The notes below the pieces were generated by a model. That model worked only from the letters and a program-made list of their open reading frames with translations. It did no database searches and was not told where the DNA came from. From an uncultured Cellvibrionales bacterium (GTDB lineage Bacteria > Pseudomonadota > Gammaproteobacteria > Pseudomonadales > GM7GCV1), in the NCBI GenBank assembly GCA_913063225.1, contig CAJXYP010000001.1:57308-121307 (forward strand): a stretch of 64,000 nucleotides of DNA, read 5' to 3'. The position numbers and the translations under genes were made by a program. Within the stretch, counting starts at the first letter, position 1; every line of letters begins with the position of its first letter. This document shows, in pieces, positions 23,295 through 34,627 of the stretch.

Positions 23295-24692
23295 CTAGAA
23301 AAAGCTAACGCTAACGGAAAAGAGTTGTTCGATCTTACGTATATGTTCTTTGTCCGCGACGAAGATTATTAGGTGGTCCTCATCTTCAATGACTACATCG
23401 CCGTGGCCCATAAGAACCTTAGGTTTATTATCAACGTTGCGCACTATGCCACCAATAGTTGCCCCCTGGGGCAGCTTAACTTCACTAATGCAGCGACCGA
23501 CAACCTTGGAGGATTTTGAATCTCCATGAGCGACAATTTCCATTGCCTCAGCTGCGCCACGCCTCAATGAATGAACCTTAACGGTATCGCCGCGCCTCAC
23601 AAAAGAGAGCAGGGCGCTGGTGGTGATCTGCGCCGGCGCTATGGCGATATCAATATCGCCGCTGCTTTGCATAAGATCTACGTAGACAGGATTATTAATT
23701 AGTGTAATAACCTTGCCCGCATGCAGGCGCTTGGCGAGCATCGAAGAGATTATGTTGGCAGCGTCGTTGTTGGTGAGCGCAAGGAATACGTCAACGGTTT
23801 CAATACCCTCTTCTTTCAACAATTCCTGATCGGAGGAGCTGCCATTCAATACAATAGTTTTCTGTAGTCGCTCGGCGAGAAACTCGCAGCGCTTGGTGTC
23901 CATCTCAATAACTTTTACTTGATAGTCATGCTCGAGGGCTTGAGCTAAGCGAAAACCAATGTTGCCGCCGCCGGCAATCACGATACGTCGATAGGGTTTC
24001 TCTTTGTTGGCTAGTTCAGCCATTACATTACGGATATGTTTTTTGGAAGCGAGGAAAAAGACCTCATCGCCGGACTCAATGCGTGTATCGCCTTCAGCGA
24101 TAATGGGTCGGTTGTGTCGGTATATGGCGGCAACCCGGGTTTTTGCTTTGCCGAGCTGACCAACAAGATCCTTAATCTGTTTGCCAACCATAGGGGCGTC
24201 AGGCTTTGCGCTTACTGCAACGAGCTGCACACGCTTGTCAGCGAAATCCATTACCTGCAAGGCACCAGGCTGATGAATAAGCTGAACTAGGTGATCAGTA
24301 ACTAATTGCTCGGGCGTAATGGTCACGTCAACAGGCAAATGTTCGGAGCTAAAAAGTTTTTCGCGAATGCGGTCATTGGTATAACCACTGGAGCGAATGC
24401 GCGCTATCTTGTGTGGGGTTCGGTAAAGCGAATGCGCTATTTGGCAGGCCACCATATTGATTTCGTCTTGGTTGGTGACGGCCACTAACATATCAGCGTC
24501 TTCGATACCGGCCTGTTCAAGCACTTCGGGATGTGAGCCCCAGCCGCAAACCGTTTGAATATCGAGGCGATCGCGCAGTTCCGCCAACAACTCTTCGCGA
24601 GAGTCGATTAGGGTTATATCATTTGATTCACTGGAGAGGTTGCTAGCTAAAGTTGAACCTACCTGCCCCGCACCTAATATGACTATTTTCAT
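23295..24692 (-). CDS. trkA: Potassium uptake protein TrkA (tandem RCK/NAD-binding domains)
   Basis: 465-aa ORF with MKIVILGAGQVGSTLA and a second Rossmann motif VIAGGGNIGFRLA. Confidence 0.95.
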   Translation of the reverse strand: MKIVILGAGQVGSTLASNLSSESNDITLIDSREELLAELRDRLDIQTVCGWGSHPEVLEQAGIEDADMLVAVTNQDEINMVACQIAHSLYRTPHKIARIRSSGYTNDRIREKLFSSEHLPVDVTITPEQLVTDHLVQLIHQPGALQVMDFADKRVQLVAVSAKPDAPMVGKQIKDLVGQLGKAKTRVAAIYRHNRPIIAEGDTRIESGDEVFFLASKKHIRNVMAELANKEKPYRRIVIAGGGNIGFRLAQALEHDYQVKVIEMDTKRCEFLAERLQKTIVLNGSSSDQELLKEEGIETVDVFLALTNNDAANIISSMLAKRLHAGKVITLINNPVYVDLMQSSGDIDIAIAPAQITTSALLSFVRRGDTVKVHSLRRGAAEAMEIVAHGDSKSSKVVGRCISEVKLPQGATIGGIVRNVDNKPKVLMGHGDVVIEDEDHLIIFVADKEHIRKIEQLFSVSVSFF

Positions 24693-24698
24693 TCTTCT

Positions 24699-25991
24699 CT
24701 ATCCTTCGGACTGCTTCGCCATAAGCACATAATAGAAGCCATCGCTGCCATCCGCCAAGGGTAATAATTGAATTCCCGGATTACATTGAATCGCGCCTTC
24801 GATCTGGATGGGCAAAAAATCAACATCATTGCGGCCTTTTGCAAAATGGTTAACAACATCCTGATTCTCTGACTTTAATATAGAACAGGTTACATAAAGC
24901 AGTTTGCCACCACCGGCCAAGGTTGACCACAGTGTCTCTAACAGATTGATTTGGCGCTCGCGAAAACCGCTCACATCTTCCGGGGTCCGCAGTTGTTTGA
25001 TATCTGGATGGCGGCGCATTACTCCGGTTCCAGAGCAGGGCGCATCGATCAATATACGATCAAATGCTTTGCCGTCCCACCATGAATCTAGATCACTGGC
25101 GTCGGCGGCGCGAACATCGGCGGTGTAACCCAAGCGATGCAGGTTTTGATCAACTTTAGCTATGCGAAGCTCATCAATATCCAGTGCGGTCAAGGATATC
25201 TCTGGGCATAGCTCTAGCAAGTGGCCGGTTTTACCGCCAGGTGCAGCGCAGGCGTCTAATACCCGGGCCATTTTCTGAGGGCTTAAGAGCTCTGCTGCGA
25301 GCTGCGCGCTTTCGTCCTGCACGGAGGCGAAACCTTTATCAAACCCGGGAATACGATGCACGGCCACTGCGCTCTTTAGTTGCAGTGCCGACACGCACAG
25401 TTTGCCCGGAAAAGAATCGACGCTTAACTCTGCCAATTCAGATCTTAGAGCGTCTCTAGTTTGTTTTTGTAGATTCACCCTTAGGGTCATGGGTGGTCTG
25501 GAATTGGCAGCATCAAATATCTGTTGTGCCTGATCAGGCCACTGGCGCTGGATGCTATTAATAAGCCATTGGGGATGTGCAGTGGTGTAAATAGGATTGC
25601 TGTTTAACTCGGCATCGAATTTTTCTTGAGCGCCAAGATAGTTTCTAAGGGCGGCGTTCAGCAGGCCAGTTGCCCATGACTTTTTGAGTTGTTTGGCAGC
25701 TTGCACGGTTTCTGAAACAGCGGCGTGATCAGCAACGCGCAAATAGCGAATTTGGTAAAGGCCGATAAATAACAGGGCGAGAACATCCGCGTCTTTGTCA
25801 CGTATTTTTTTATGCAGCAGTTTTTCGGAGATTACTTGCAGGGCAGGAAGGTACCGCAGCGTGCCGTAGCACAGTTCAGAAATAAGGCCGCGGTCCGGGT
25901 CTTCAGGGTCTACGCTATCCAAACTGAGGGCGCCTTGCTTGCAGATAACAGGTGCCAGATGCTGAGCAGCGCGAGCGCGAGCGTTCTTCAA
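24699..25991 (-). CDS. rsmB: 16S rRNA m5C967 methyltransferase RsmB (Sun)
   Basis: 430-aa ORF with SAM motif DACAAPGGKT and catalytic DAPCSGTGVMRRHPD. It follows the fmt-rsmB-trkA order. Confidence 0.93.
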   Translation of the reverse strand: MKNARARAAQHLAPVICKQGALSLDSVDPEDPDRGLISELCYGTLRYLPALQVISEKLLHKKIRDKDADVLALLFIGLYQIRYLRVADHAAVSETVQAAKQLKKSWATGLLNAALRNYLGAQEKFDAELNSNPIYTTAHPQWLINSIQRQWPDQAQQIFDAANSRPPMTLRVNLQKQTRDALRSELAELSVDSFPGKLCVSALQLKSAVAVHRIPGFDKGFASVQDESAQLAAELLSPQKMARVLDACAAPGGKTGHLLELCPEISLTALDIDELRIAKVDQNLHRLGYTADVRAADASDLDSWWDGKAFDRILIDAPCSGTGVMRRHPDIKQLRTPEDVSGFRERQINLLETLWSTLAGGGKLLYVTCSILKSENQDVVNHFAKGRNDVDFLPIQIEGAIQCNPGIQLLPLADGSDGFYYVLMAKQSEG

Positions 25992-26971
25992 GATGTGGGG
26001 TCGTCCGTTGCGGTGGTTCCGAATTTGGTTCCGACTTTGAATCGGGCAGCGTTGCCACGCATTAATTCAGATACGGGCGTCGACTTTTTCCCGGGAAGTT
26101 GCAGAGTTTTTAGTCTCAATAATCCAGACCCACAGCCGACATCGATACCCTCTTCGCTGGAACCCGCGATAACTCCGGGCTTTGCAGCAGTTGCGTTGTC
26201 CGCCAGTGGGTATACCTGCCAGATGCGCAAACGATCGTTTCCGAGGGTCGTAAAGGCAACAGGCACTGGGTTAAACGCTCGAATTTTTCGGTCGAGATCG
26301 GTGACTGATTGCGTCCAATCGATTTCTGCCTCGGCTTTGTGGATTTTTGCCGCATAGCAGGTTTCGGCATTATCCTGAGGTTCTGAGTGTGCTGTACCCG
26401 CGGCGATCTGGTCTATGGTTTCGACCAAGAGGGGTGAGCCGACTTCAATTATTCGGTCGTGAACCATTCCGGCGGTGTCTATCGTGCCTATTGGGAAACT
26501 GGTTCGACTTAGTACCTCTCCGGTATCAAGGCCGGCATCCATTTGCATAATACATACGCCGGTTTCCTTGTCGCCGGCTTCTATAGCGCGTTGTATTGGC
26601 GCTGCGCCACGCCAACGGGGCAGAAGCGATGCATGCACATTTATACAGCCATGGCAGGGCGTATCCAATACCGATTGCGGCAAAATAAGGCCGTATGCGA
26701 CCACTACTAAAAGATCTAGTTCTAGCGCAGCCATATCTGCGCAATCATGCTCGAGTAATTTTTGCGGTTGCAATACGCGTATTTTGTGTTCTTCGGCAAG
26801 CTGTTTAACCGGGCTTGCTTGAGTCTGCTTGCCACGACCGGCGGGCCGATCTGGCTGCGTCCAAACGGCTACAATAGCGTGGTTGCTGTCTTGCATTAAA
26901 GCGCGTAAATGTTCAGCAGCAAAAAGGGGGGTGCCGGCGAAGCCGATACGTAAAGCCTTGGCAGATGTCAT
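25988..26971 (-). CDS. fmt: Methionyl-tRNA formyltransferase
   Basis: 327-aa ORF with the motif NVHASLLPRWRGAAPIQRAI. It lies downstream of def. Confidence 0.95.
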   Translation of the reverse strand: MTSAKALRIGFAGTPLFAAEHLRALMQDSNHAIVAVWTQPDRPAGRGKQTQASPVKQLAEEHKIRVLQPQKLLEHDCADMAALELDLLVVVAYGLILPQSVLDTPCHGCINVHASLLPRWRGAAPIQRAIEAGDKETGVCIMQMDAGLDTGEVLSRTSFPIGTIDTAGMVHDRIIEVGSPLLVETIDQIAAGTAHSEPQDNAETCYAAKIHKAEAEIDWTQSVTDLDRKIRAFNPVPVAFTTLGNDRLRIWQVYPLADNATAAKPGVIAGSSEEGIDVGCGSGLLRLKTLQLPGKKSTPVSELMRGNAARFKVGTKFGTTATDDPTS

Positions 26972-26987
26972 TGTGGGGTTAGCCTCC

Positions 26988-27494
26988 TTAAGCTCGTTTT
27001 TTGTGCTGTTTTTCGAGTTTTGATCGAATGCGTTTGCGCTTTATCGGAGATAAGTAGTCTACGAAAAGCTTGCCATTAAGGTGGTCAATTTCATGTTGAA
27101 TGCAGGTAGAGAGCAGTCCATCGATCTGCAATTGAAAGGTTTCGCCATTCTGATCCAGTGCGGTAATTACTATGCTGTCAGGACGTTCCACCTCTTCAAA
27201 GTAACCCGGCACGGACAAACAGCCTTCATCGTATGAGGAGACCGCTTCACTAAATTGCTGAATTTCCGGATTGATAAAGACCAAAGGCTGGCTTTGATCC
27301 TCAGATATATCACATACCAATAGGCGTTTATGTACATTTACTTGGGTTGCGGCCAGCCCGATCCCCGGGGCCTCATACATGGTTTCAAACATGTCTTTAC
27401 ACAGCTGACGAATACCATCATCAACCTCTGTGATTGGTTCGGCGACCTTACGAAGGCGCGGGTCGGGAAATTCTAGGATATTCAAAAGGGCCAT
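26988..27494 (-). CDS. def: Peptide deformylase
   Basis: 168-aa ORF with motifs [16 protein letters not shown] and HEIDHLNG. Confidence 0.97.
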   Translation of the reverse strand: MALLNILEFPDPRLRKVAEPITEVDDGIRQLCKDMFETMYEAPGIGLAATQVNVHKRLLVCDISEDQSQPLVFINPEIQQFSEAVSSYDEGCLSVPGYFEEVERPDSIVITALDQNGETFQLQIDGLLSTCIQHEIDHLNGKLFVDYLSPIKRKRIRSKLEKQHKKRA

Positions 27495-27570
27495 TTGTAC
27501 TAAAAAACCAGTATTTTAAGTCAGATATGAGAACAAGGTGATGGAGTTTCAAGCCTTCTTAGTATAGCTC

Positions 27571-28623
27571 ATGTTTCGTAGGCTGTGCCTTGTGGCCATT
27601 CTTACAATTTCTAGCTTAACTGCTGTCGCACAGGTTGCGGTGAACCCTGACCATCCCGATGTTTATGTGGTGCAGCTCGGCGATACGCTCTGGGATATTT
27701 CCGCAGTTTTTTTGCGTGATCCTTGGCTTTGGCCGGAGATATGGCAAATTAATTCTCAAGTAGCTAACCCCCATTTGATTTATCCGGGTGATCAAATGCG
27801 TCTAGTTTATGTTGATGGGCAACCCCGTTTGCAACTCGACAATGGGCAAAGCGTTGCCAATAATATGAATTCTGCTATGAGTCCCGTGGTCAAACTGACA
27901 CCGGAAATGACGAGCATTCCGTTAGTAGAAGCGATTACTTCGATTCCGCTGGCCGAAATTCAAGAGTTTTTCACCGCTACAAGAGTGATGACCGAAGAAG
28001 AGATCGACCTTGCGCCATATATGGTCGCCGGCCCAGAGAGCCGTATTTTGGTAGGTCAAAGTGATGAATTTTATGTTCGGGGCCAGCTAGCGGCCGGTGT
28101 GGGCATCTATCAGATTTTCCGTATTGGCGATCGATATCGAGATCCAGAAACTCGAAAATATCTTGGTTACCGCGCAGAAGCCATGGGTACTGCGCGATTT
28201 ATCTTCCAGTCCGAAGATGTCAGCAAATTCAATATTATTCGAAGTTCCCAAGAAATCCTCGCTGGTGACCTCTTGCTGCCATTGGCTCAAGACGACATAG
28301 ACCCTATTCTTTTTCCGGAAGTTCCAAGCATCCCGGTGTTGGCACAAATTATTGCGGTGGAAGGTGGCGTATCCCATATCGGACAATTGGACGTGGTGGC
28401 ACTAAATAAAGGTCTGGAAGCTGGAGTGCGAAATGGTCATGTGCTCGCCGTGATGGATGCAGGGGAGCGCGTACGCGATAGAGTTCAGGGTGGCAGCGTA
28501 GATCTACCCGATGAAAAAGCCGGTATGTTGATTATTTTCAAATCTTTGCCGAGCATGAGCTTCGGCTTGATTTTGGAAGCTGAGACAACCATGGCCATTG
28601 GAGATCCGGTTACCAACCCATAA
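27571..28623 (+). CDS. LysM-domain periplasmic protein, TsaP-like (the def/dprA-linked family)
   Basis: 350-aa ORF with a signal peptide and an N-terminal LysM domain (YVVQLGDTLWDISAVFLRDPWLWPEIWQINSQVANPHLIYPGDQMRL). It lies between def and dprA, as the Pseudomonas PA0020/TsaP homolog does. Confidence 0.8.
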   Translation: MFRRLCLVAILTISSLTAVAQVAVNPDHPDVYVVQLGDTLWDISAVFLRDPWLWPEIWQINSQVANPHLIYPGDQMRLVYVDGQPRLQLDNGQSVANNMNSAMSPVVKLTPEMTSIPLVEAITSIPLAEIQEFFTATRVMTEEEIDLAPYMVAGPESRILVGQSDEFYVRGQLAAGVGIYQIFRIGDRYRDPETRKYLGYRAEAMGTARFIFQSEDVSKFNIIRSSQEILAGDLLLPLAQDDIDPILFPEVPSIPVLAQIIAVEGGVSHIGQLDVVALNKGLEAGVRNGHVLAVMDAGERVRDRVQGGSVDLPDEKAGMLIIFKSLPSMSFGLILEAETTMAIGDPVTNP

Positions 28624-28718
28624 AAAGGATTACATAATCACCGCATAGGATGTGCGGTGCATCTCGCTAGAAATGCATATAAGTATTGCATAATAAGAGA
28701 GCCTAATAAGGAGCGTTC

Positions 28719-29834
28719 ATGGACGAGCTGCAATCTAAAATATTCTGGCACTTGCTGCCAAATTTCCCCAATAGCGTTTTGCTTCGAATTCAGGATGCTT
28801 TCGTAGAGCTACCTCATCCTGAATATCTAATCGCAGAACAGCGCGACTGGATGCCCGAGCTACTTCTCCAAGCAATCAACGCGGCCATACAGTCGCCTAG
28901 GGCAGAGTTTTCCCAGAGATTGGAATACGCCTCGAACTTCATATATACGAACGGTCTTTGCTTGGTAGAACGAGGAAGTAACGATTATCCAGATCTGTTA
29001 ACAGAAATACCGGATGCGCCCGCCTTGCTCTATGTATTGGGTGATTTTAAACAATTACATAAACCACAGATGGCAATTGTTGGCAGTCGCCGATGCAGCC
29101 GCTCCGGACAGCTCGATTCAAGAGCCTTCGCTCGATGTATGGCCCAAAAAGGATTTGGAATAACCAGTGGGCTCGCAATTGGTATTGATACCGCTGCTCA
29201 TCAGGGCGCTTTAGACGCCGAAGGGCTAACCAGTGCTGTTATTGGTTCAGGCTTAGACAAAATATATCCGGCGAAAAACAAATTTTTGGCGCAGGAAATA
29301 ATCGAATCGGGAGGCACGCTTGTCAGTGAGTTTCCTCCGGGAATGCCGCTTTTGCCCGAGAATTTTCCCAAGCGAAATCGCATTATTAGTGGATTGTCTG
29401 TGGCATCTCTTGTTGTGGAGGCATCAGAGAGAAGCGGCTCGTTAATCACCGCGCGCCTAGCTTTGGAGCAGGGGCGAGAGGTGCTAGTACTGCCCGGGAA
29501 TATTCATGACCCGTTAAAGCGGGGATGCCATCGGCTAATTAGAGACGGCGCCACGCTGGTTAGTTCGGCTGATCAAATGGTAGAGGAGCTCGGCAGTTTA
29601 TTAGGGTTTCAGCTCGAAATCGTTAGTGCAAAAAATGCAAAACACCCGCTGAGCGATGACCTGAGCCACAAGCATGAAGCGGTATTTGGCCATATTGAGT
29701 TTGAACCATTGGGTCTCGACGATTTACTCGAACTAACCGGGTTAGAAGTCCATGCTTTGGTAGAGATATTAACCGACCTTGAGCTGCAGGGATCGGTGCA
29801 ACGTACCCCTGAGGGAATAAAACGACTTGAATAA
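28719..29834 (+). CDS. dprA: DNA processing protein DprA (Smf)
   Basis: 371-aa ORF with the Rossmann-like DprA core (MAIVGSRRCS...GLAIGIDTAAHQGAL...SGSLITARLALEQGREV). Confidence 0.93.
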   Translation: MDELQSKIFWHLLPNFPNSVLLRIQDAFVELPHPEYLIAEQRDWMPELLLQAINAAIQSPRAEFSQRLEYASNFIYTNGLCLVERGSNDYPDLLTEIPDAPALLYVLGDFKQLHKPQMAIVGSRRCSRSGQLDSRAFARCMAQKGFGITSGLAIGIDTAAHQGALDAEGLTSAVIGSGLDKIYPAKNKFLAQEIIESGGTLVSEFPPGMPLLPENFPKRNRIISGLSVASLVVEASERSGSLITARLALEQGREVLVLPGNIHDPLKRGCHRLIRDGATLVSSADQMVEELGSLLGFQLEIVSAKNAKHPLSDDLSHKHEAVFGHIEFEPLGLDDLLELTGLEVHALVEILTDLELQGSVQRTPEGIKRLE

Positions 29835-29905
29835 AACAGAGATATTCCCCTCTCTACCTAGAATGTCTTGGCTTGCGAGCGTAATCTTGCGCCGAACTTA
29901 CAAGA

Positions 29906-30487
29906 ATGACGTTATTCATGCCTCGATACTCACCTTCTTATACTTTAGCCGCTCGATCAATGCTCGAAGGTGGCGTGATTGCCTATGCAACAGAAGGAGT
30001 ATGGGGTTTGGGGTGCGACCCCTTAAATGAGGCTGCTGTATCAAGAGTTTTGGCTCTAAAGTCCAGGCCTGAAAACAAAGGATTGATACTCATTGCTGCG
30101 GATATCAAGCAGCTAGCTGCCTACACCGCAGGTTTGGAGAAGAAGAAACTCAAACTAATTATCGAAAGCCAAGGCAAAGGGATGACCTGGTTAATACCCA
30201 ATTTGGGCGTTGCGCCAGATTGGATTACAGGAGGTCAGGCCACATTGGCCGTCAGGGTCAGTAACCATCCATCGGTGGTGGGCATATGTGAAGCTTATGG
30301 CGGGGCAATGGTTTCAACTTCTGCCAATCCTGGCGGGCGTCCTGCAGCTACTAATTTGATAACGGTGCACCGCTACTTCCCTAACTTGATTGATGTCATT
30401 GTTCCGGGAACGACAGCCGGCCAGAATGGCCCCACTGAAATTCGCGAATTGGAAACCGGGCGAATCATTAGGCCCAAACAGACATGA
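29906..30487 (+). CDS. tsaC: Threonylcarbamoyl-AMP synthase TsaC (YrdC family)
   Basis: 193-aa ORF with GGVIAYATEGVWGLGCDP, LKSRPENKGLILIAA and STSANPGG. The start codon is uncertain within the first roughly 20 codons. Confidence 0.88.
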   Translation: MTLFMPRYSPSYTLAARSMLEGGVIAYATEGVWGLGCDPLNEAAVSRVLALKSRPENKGLILIAADIKQLAAYTAGLEKKKLKLIIESQGKGMTWLIPNLGVAPDWITGGQATLAVRVSNHPSVVGICEAYGGAMVSTSANPGGRPAATNLITVHRYFPNLIDVIVPGTTAGQNGPTEIRELETGRIIRPKQT

Positions 30488-32237
<1,750 letters not shown>

Positions 32238-32320
32238 ATTTAGTAAAGATTATTGCAACTGTTCGAAGCGAAATGCTTAATGGTCAGACTTAAATTTGGC
32301 TTTTGGTTTGGAGAGAAGTT

Positions 32321-32764
32321 ATGAAGATTGGAATTGCCTTAGCGATTGGTTTGTTCTGCGCAACCGCAGTAAATGCACAGATGCCTCGCCAGAGCGCACC
32401 AGATAACGCGCAGCTTTATATTGTTTCGCCTGCACACGGTGAAATTGTGAGCAGCCCGGTACGAGTAAAGTTCGGCCTACAGAATATGGGCGTTGCGCCA
32501 GCCGGAGCCTTTCAGAATCCCACTACACTGACTCAGTTCGCGAATACTGGGCATCATCACATTATTATCGATGGCGACTTGCCGCCTATGGGCAGTCCGG
32601 TGCCAGCAAATGAGACCTATGTGCATTTTGGCACGGGCGCTACTGAAACCACGCTAAACCTTACTCCTGGCGAGCATACGTTGCAGCTAATATTGGGAGA
32701 CGCCTTACATATTCCCCATGATCCAGTGGTTATATCAGAGCAGATTACTATTACTGTCGAGTAG
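32321..32764 (+). CDS. DUF4399-family periplasmic protein
   Basis: The start is taken at ATG 32321, after GGAGAG, rather than the track's 32303. The signal peptide is MKIGIALAIGLFCATAVNAQ. It has a HHHIIIDG...GEHTLQLILGD motif. Confidence 0.75.
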   Translation: MKIGIALAIGLFCATAVNAQMPRQSAPDNAQLYIVSPAHGEIVSSPVRVKFGLQNMGVAPAGAFQNPTTLTQFANTGHHHIIIDGDLPPMGSPVPANETYVHFGTGATETTLNLTPGEHTLQLILGDALHIPHDPVVISEQITITVE

Positions 32765-32796
32765 TCGCCTATAGATTTGATATCTAGTTTGAAAGG

Positions 32797-32822
32797 GCAC
32801 CGCCGAAAGGTGGTGCTTTTTT
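32797..32822 (+). terminator. Intrinsic terminator after the DUF4399 gene
   Basis: The stem is GCACCGCC-gaaa-GGTGGTGC (one G:U pair), followed by TTTTTT. Confidence 0.8.
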
Positions 32823-32856
32823 ATGAGCAGCCTTTACGAGAAGGCTGGACTGGAAG

Positions 32857-33402
32857 CTATTCTTGCTCTGAGATGTACTGGTTTTTCAGCTTTATATAAT
32901 TTTGCGGCGAATAGCCCAAAAATTTGGTTTCCATTTCACTCAGTGGTCGCAGTTGCTTGGCCGGATTACCCACATAGATAAACCCTCCCTCTAAGGTTTT
33001 CCCGGGAGGCACTAGCGAGCCAGCTCCGACCATTGCGCCGGATTTGATAGTTACGCCATCGTTGATAATCGCGCCAATACCGATCAATACCTTATCTTCG
33101 ATGGTGCAGCCATGCAGCACAGATGAGTGACCAATGGTCACATCTTTGCCGATGGATGTTGGAAACCCTGCCGGGTTAAATTCGTCGCTGGCATGTGTGG
33201 TGTGTATAACGGCGTTGTCCTGAACGTTTGATCGGTCGCCTATGCGTATCCAGTGCATATCTCCACGGATAACTGCGCCGGGCCACACGGAGACATCTTC
33301 ACCAAGTTCGACTTCTCCTATTACGGTAGCAGCCGGGTCGATGTAGGCATTGTTTCCAAGCTTTGGGATAATGCCATTAAAGGCGCGTAGGTTAGATGTC
33401 AT
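32857..33402 (-). CDS. Gamma-carbonic-anhydrase-like hexapeptide-repeat protein (YrdA/PaaY family)
   Basis: 181-aa ORF with left-handed beta-helix hexapeptide repeats and WPGAVIRGD...IGDRSNVQDNAVIH. Confidence 0.85.
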   Translation of the reverse strand: MTSNLRAFNGIIPKLGNNAYIDPAATVIGEVELGEDVSVWPGAVIRGDMHWIRIGDRSNVQDNAVIHTTHASDEFNPAGFPTSIGKDVTIGHSSVLHGCTIEDKVLIGIGAIINDGVTIKSGAMVGAGSLVPPGKTLEGGFIYVGNPAKQLRPLSEMETKFLGYSPQNYIKLKNQYISEQE

Positions 33403-33452
33403 ATGAGATACTTCATTTTTTGTAGATATAAAAATTCAGATTAGCTGAGGCA

Positions 33453-33689
33453 GTGCAAGTGAACAAGCGCAGATTTATCGCCGGAGCAATATGTCCCCAG
33501 TGCAAAGAGGTGGACAAAATTGTGGTCTATCAAGATGAGGGTGTTGATGTGCGCGAATGCGTGCGCTGCGATTACAAGGATATCCAGCGATTTGAATCGT
33601 CGCCGAATGAACCTAGCACCCGAGTAAATAAGACTCGATCTGAACGAGACACGGTAGCACAGGCCGTTCAGATCAAATTCGTACCCTAG
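33453..33689 (+). CDS. YheV-like putative zinc-ribbon protein (DUF2387)
   Basis: 78-aa ORF with two Cys pairs, CPQC...17 aa...CVRC. Confidence 0.65.
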   Translation: MQVNKRRFIAGAICPQCKEVDKIVVYQDEGVDVRECVRCDYKDIQRFESSPNEPSTRVNKTRSERDTVAQAVQIKFVP

Positions 33690-33712
33690 GTTTCGTACTT
33701 ATAAGTTCTTTC

Positions 33713-34411
33713 CTAGAACTTATAGCTAATGCCTACGGTAGTGAGGGTATCTGTTGATTTAGAACCCAGTGGCGCATCGGAATTTTGTTTAATCAAATAT
33801 CCCGCTCGCAGCCCTAGGGCATCTGACATAGCTACTCGAACGCCAGCACCGGCTTCTGAATAGCGGTTGCTGCTACCAGATTCAGTAAAGTAGCTTACGT
33901 CGATATCGGTAGTGTCTGTAATGGATCGCTTATAGGTCAAATTTAGGCTAAAAACGCCCTCGTTTTCGCTGCCAAGGCCGCCGAGTAATTCTGAGTCTCT
34001 ATAACCGCCACCGATTTCAGCATTGAAGGAGGCCACTTCGCTGGCTATAACATGCCAGCCGGCACCGCCCGTTATCGATGCTTGGCTATCATAGCCACTA
34101 AATCTATCCGCCTGATATCGTGCCGCGCCGAAGCTATAATAGTCTGCGCTGTAGGCGTAATCTGTCTGGCCGCTTAGGGTATATGACTCTGCCGTGGTGG
34201 TATCGTCTTGTGTCGAGCCTACCGCGTCTAGTCCAACGCTATGCTTCCATTTACCCGACTCTTTGGATAGGGCCAAAGATGCGGCCAGGGCGCTATTGTT
34301 AGAGTTGCCGTTGGCGTTGCTGTATGCCAAGTTTCCTTCGCCAGCCCATTGTGGCCAAGCTGATGTAGTAGCTATAAGTGCTGCGACAATCAGCGCGATT
34401 TTGATTTTCAT
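33713..34411 (-). CDS. DUF481-family outer-membrane beta-barrel protein (YdiY-like)
   Basis: 232-aa ORF with a signal peptide, an alternating aromatic/Gly-rich beta-strand pattern and a C-terminal ...GISYKF aromatic terminus typical of OMPs. Confidence 0.75.
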   Translation of the reverse strand: MKIKIALIVAALIATTSAWPQWAGEGNLAYSNANGNSNNSALAASLALSKESGKWKHSVGLDAVGSTQDDTTTAESYTLSGQTDYAYSADYYSFGAARYQADRFSGYDSQASITGGAGWHVIASEVASFNAEIGGGYRDSELLGGLGSENEGVFSLNLTYKRSITDTTDIDVSYFTESGSSNRYSEAGAGVRVAMSDALGLRAGYLIKQNSDAPLGSKSTDTLTTVGISYKF

Positions 34412-34491
34412 TTTTGATTCCCAAATTTAGGGCGCCATTTAAACCATTGTTGGTTACTCAATCAAGGGAAACACGCGGAATCTTTTGCTCA

Positions 34492-34543
34492 CCTAGTGAA
34501 ATAAATACATAGAGCCCTAGATTAAAAATCTATGATTTCACTA
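34492..34543. repeat. Nested inverted repeats upstream of the TSP3 lipoprotein gene
   Basis: The outer perfect 10-nt inverted repeat is CTAGTGAAAT (34492-34501) with ATTTCACTAG (34534-34543). The inner palindrome is TAGATTaaaAATCTA (34517-34531). A third CCTAGTG copy lies at 34551-34557. Confidence 0.6.
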
Positions 34544-34627
34544 GAAATAGGCCTAGTGTAAATGACCCTTATTTTACCGGGGTTACTCTAAAAGAACCAA
34601 ATGAACTAAATGGAATAGGGGACAGAT

